Origin: Squalus acanthias
Lineage: Eukaryota
DNA length: 64,000 nt
Reading direction: 5' to 3'
NCBI GenBank assembly: GCA_030390025.1
Contig: CM059432.1
Coordinates: 128,714,001-128,778,000, forward strand
Program-made: the position numbers and the translations under genes
The notes under the pieces: model-generated
The model's input: the letters and a program-made list of their open reading frames with translations, nothing else
The model's database searches: none
What the model was told of the DNA's origin: nothing
In this document: positions 62,160-64,000 of the stretch, piece by piece
How the letters are laid out: the number at the start of each line of letters is the position of its first letter
Position numbering within the stretch: the stretch's first letter is position 1

Positions 62160-64000
62160 GGGGCGAGGATTTCTGTGGTAGAATAAAACTTCCATTAAAA
62201 GCTTTTTTCGGGTCAGCCACTCCCGAACTGACCCGACACCAAACGGCGGGAGAGGCAGTTAAGGCAGTTAACAGGTCGTTAACTGCCTGGATAATCCTAT
62301 TTTAAAGGCCTGATCTGATTTTACAGGTTTTTCACCATGCTGCCCGCCTTCATAAGAACTCGCCAGGTGAATCGAGCCGGGCTGAGCTGGGAGCAACTTA
62401 AAAGCGGTCCTGCAATCTCTCATTCTTTCACATGCCACAACTTAGAGGTTTGAGGTTTGGGAGACATTTTGCAGCTCAACTAATCTTGTGAGTGTTGAGG
62501 CTGAAATCCATCTGCTGTGTGACCTCCTTGGAATACCCTCTGGCCACTTTGTCTGAGTGCACACAACCTCCATTCCTCGACTGAGATATATACCAGCGGG
62601 ATGGGAACCATTTACATCCTCTCATCCTGGTCGTCAGATTCGGAGGAATAGCAGCCGCGGCAGCAGCGCAACCAGGCACAGCAGCAGCACCAACAGCAGG
62701 AGCGCCAACCTTCTCCTCAGCCTCCTGATGCTGCACAGGGCAGAGGGCGTCAGCGCAGGCCTGCACCTCGCCGCAGGAGATACCCCCAACACAGGGTTAA
62801 CAGGCAGAGGATGAGCTTCCTCAACATGAGTGAGCAGCAGTGCCAAAGGAGGCTGAGACTTCTGCGAGACGTAGTCACTGACATCTGCGCAATGCTGCAC
62901 CAGCACCTGGAACCTAGAGGAGTGTGTGGACACTCCTTACCAGTGGCTGTCAAAGTCACCATCGGACTCCAGTTCTTTGCTTTGGGCTCCTTCCAGGGAT
63001 CAGCAGCAGACATCAGCGGCATCTCTCAGCCAGCCGCACACACCTGCATCACGCAGACTACCGATGCCCTCTTTGCAAAGGTGCACAATTACATTCACTT
63101 CTCCACAGAAGAAGCAAGTGTCACCGCGCGTGCGGTTGGCTTTGCAAATGTGGCAGGCTTGCCAAGGGTGCAGGGCGTCGTAGACTGCACACATGTGGCC
63201 ATTAGGGCACCCCATCACAACCCAGCTGTTTTTGTCAACCACAATGGCTTCCATCCCCTTCACGTCCAGCTGGTGTGTAACCACAGGAACATCATCATGC
63301 ATGTTTGCGCTAAGTACCCTGGCAGTTGCCATGACTCCTTCATCCTGCGGCAGTCTACTGTGCCTCAGCTCTTCAATCCGCCAACCCAAATTTCCGGATG
63401 GCTACTTGGCGACAAGGGCTATCCCCTGAAAAAGTGGCTCATGACACCGATGAGGAGGCCTTCAAACAAGGCTGAGGAGGAGTACAATGTGAGCCACATT
63501 TCCACCAGAAGCATCATAGAGCAAACCATCGGCTTTCTCAAAAAGCGATTCGGATGCCTTGACAGATCTGGTGGAGGCCTGCAGTATGCACCAACATGGC
63601 AGAGCAGCGTGGCTTAGTGCTCCCTGAGGAACAAGTGGCTCAGCGCAGAGCATCCTCAGAAGAAGAGGAGGAGGACGAGGCGCACCTTGCGGGTCCAGAT
63701 ATGACCAATGCAGCAGCTCTCAAGCTCATTGCTGGCCATCATGCAAGGGATGCACTCATCCATGCCAGATTCGTGTAATCTTACTCTTCAACCACAGGTG
63801 GCTGGCATATGGCTATGAATTTGTAGATGACCTTCCTAAACTGCCATACATCATCTCTCCAATAAACGGTTCTTTCCTATCACTTTCACCATCATCATTA
63901 CAAATGCAAGTTGCCCTTAGCCCTCATTGTGCAACTTCCATTTCCCAGAACACATAGGCCAGAACTTCAACTGTTTGCCATCACTTTAGTTTAATACATT
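62160..64000 (+). mobile_element. Harbinger transposon continuing beyond the window
   Basis: GC-rich subterminal-like sequence upstream of the transposase; AATAAA at ~63861; left TIR not resolved. Confidence 0.6.
62601..63778 (+). pseudogene. PIF/Harbinger DDE transposase (HARBI1-like family), nearly intact but disrupted
   Basis: The ATG at 62601 is in frame with the 268-aa ORF, but there is a TAG at 62649-62651. Motifs [46 protein letters not shown] deletion/frameshift near 63592 precedes the C-terminal NMAEQRG...ARDALIHARFV*. Confidence 0.92.

Overview
Vertebrate nuclear DNA, very probably cartilaginous fish (shark-like repeat complement: CR1 and L2 LINEs, a V-domain/HE1-type SINE, tRNA-headed SINEs with L2-type tails, PIF/Harbinger transposons and their MITEs, an RTE fragment, Penelope-like remnants). 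I could not identify any host protein-coding exon with confidence, so this is probably a gene desert or a very large intron. All recognisable ORFs are decayed transposon genes: CR1/L2/RTE reverse transcriptase pieces, Harbinger DDE transposases and Myb/SANT partners. The most notable signal is a set of short Penelope-like (PLE) insertions carrying minimal type I hammerhead ribozyme motifs (stem I - CYGANGA - extra A - stem II - GAAA - palindromic 2-nt stem III - UU - stem I). One is a perfect 85-bp palindrome with a hammerhead on each strand and a 12-bp TSD (6710-6925). Two more copies show compensatory stem changes (24032-24306, 35287-35410), and a second family occurs at 35818-35911. Other notable items: a twin-primed (5'-inverted) RTE insertion, Harbinger elements in two different gene arrangements, a nearly intact Harbinger transposase, and many nested insertions with readable TSDs. 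Family names come from pattern recognition, not database searches. Boundaries without a stated TSD or TIR are approximate.
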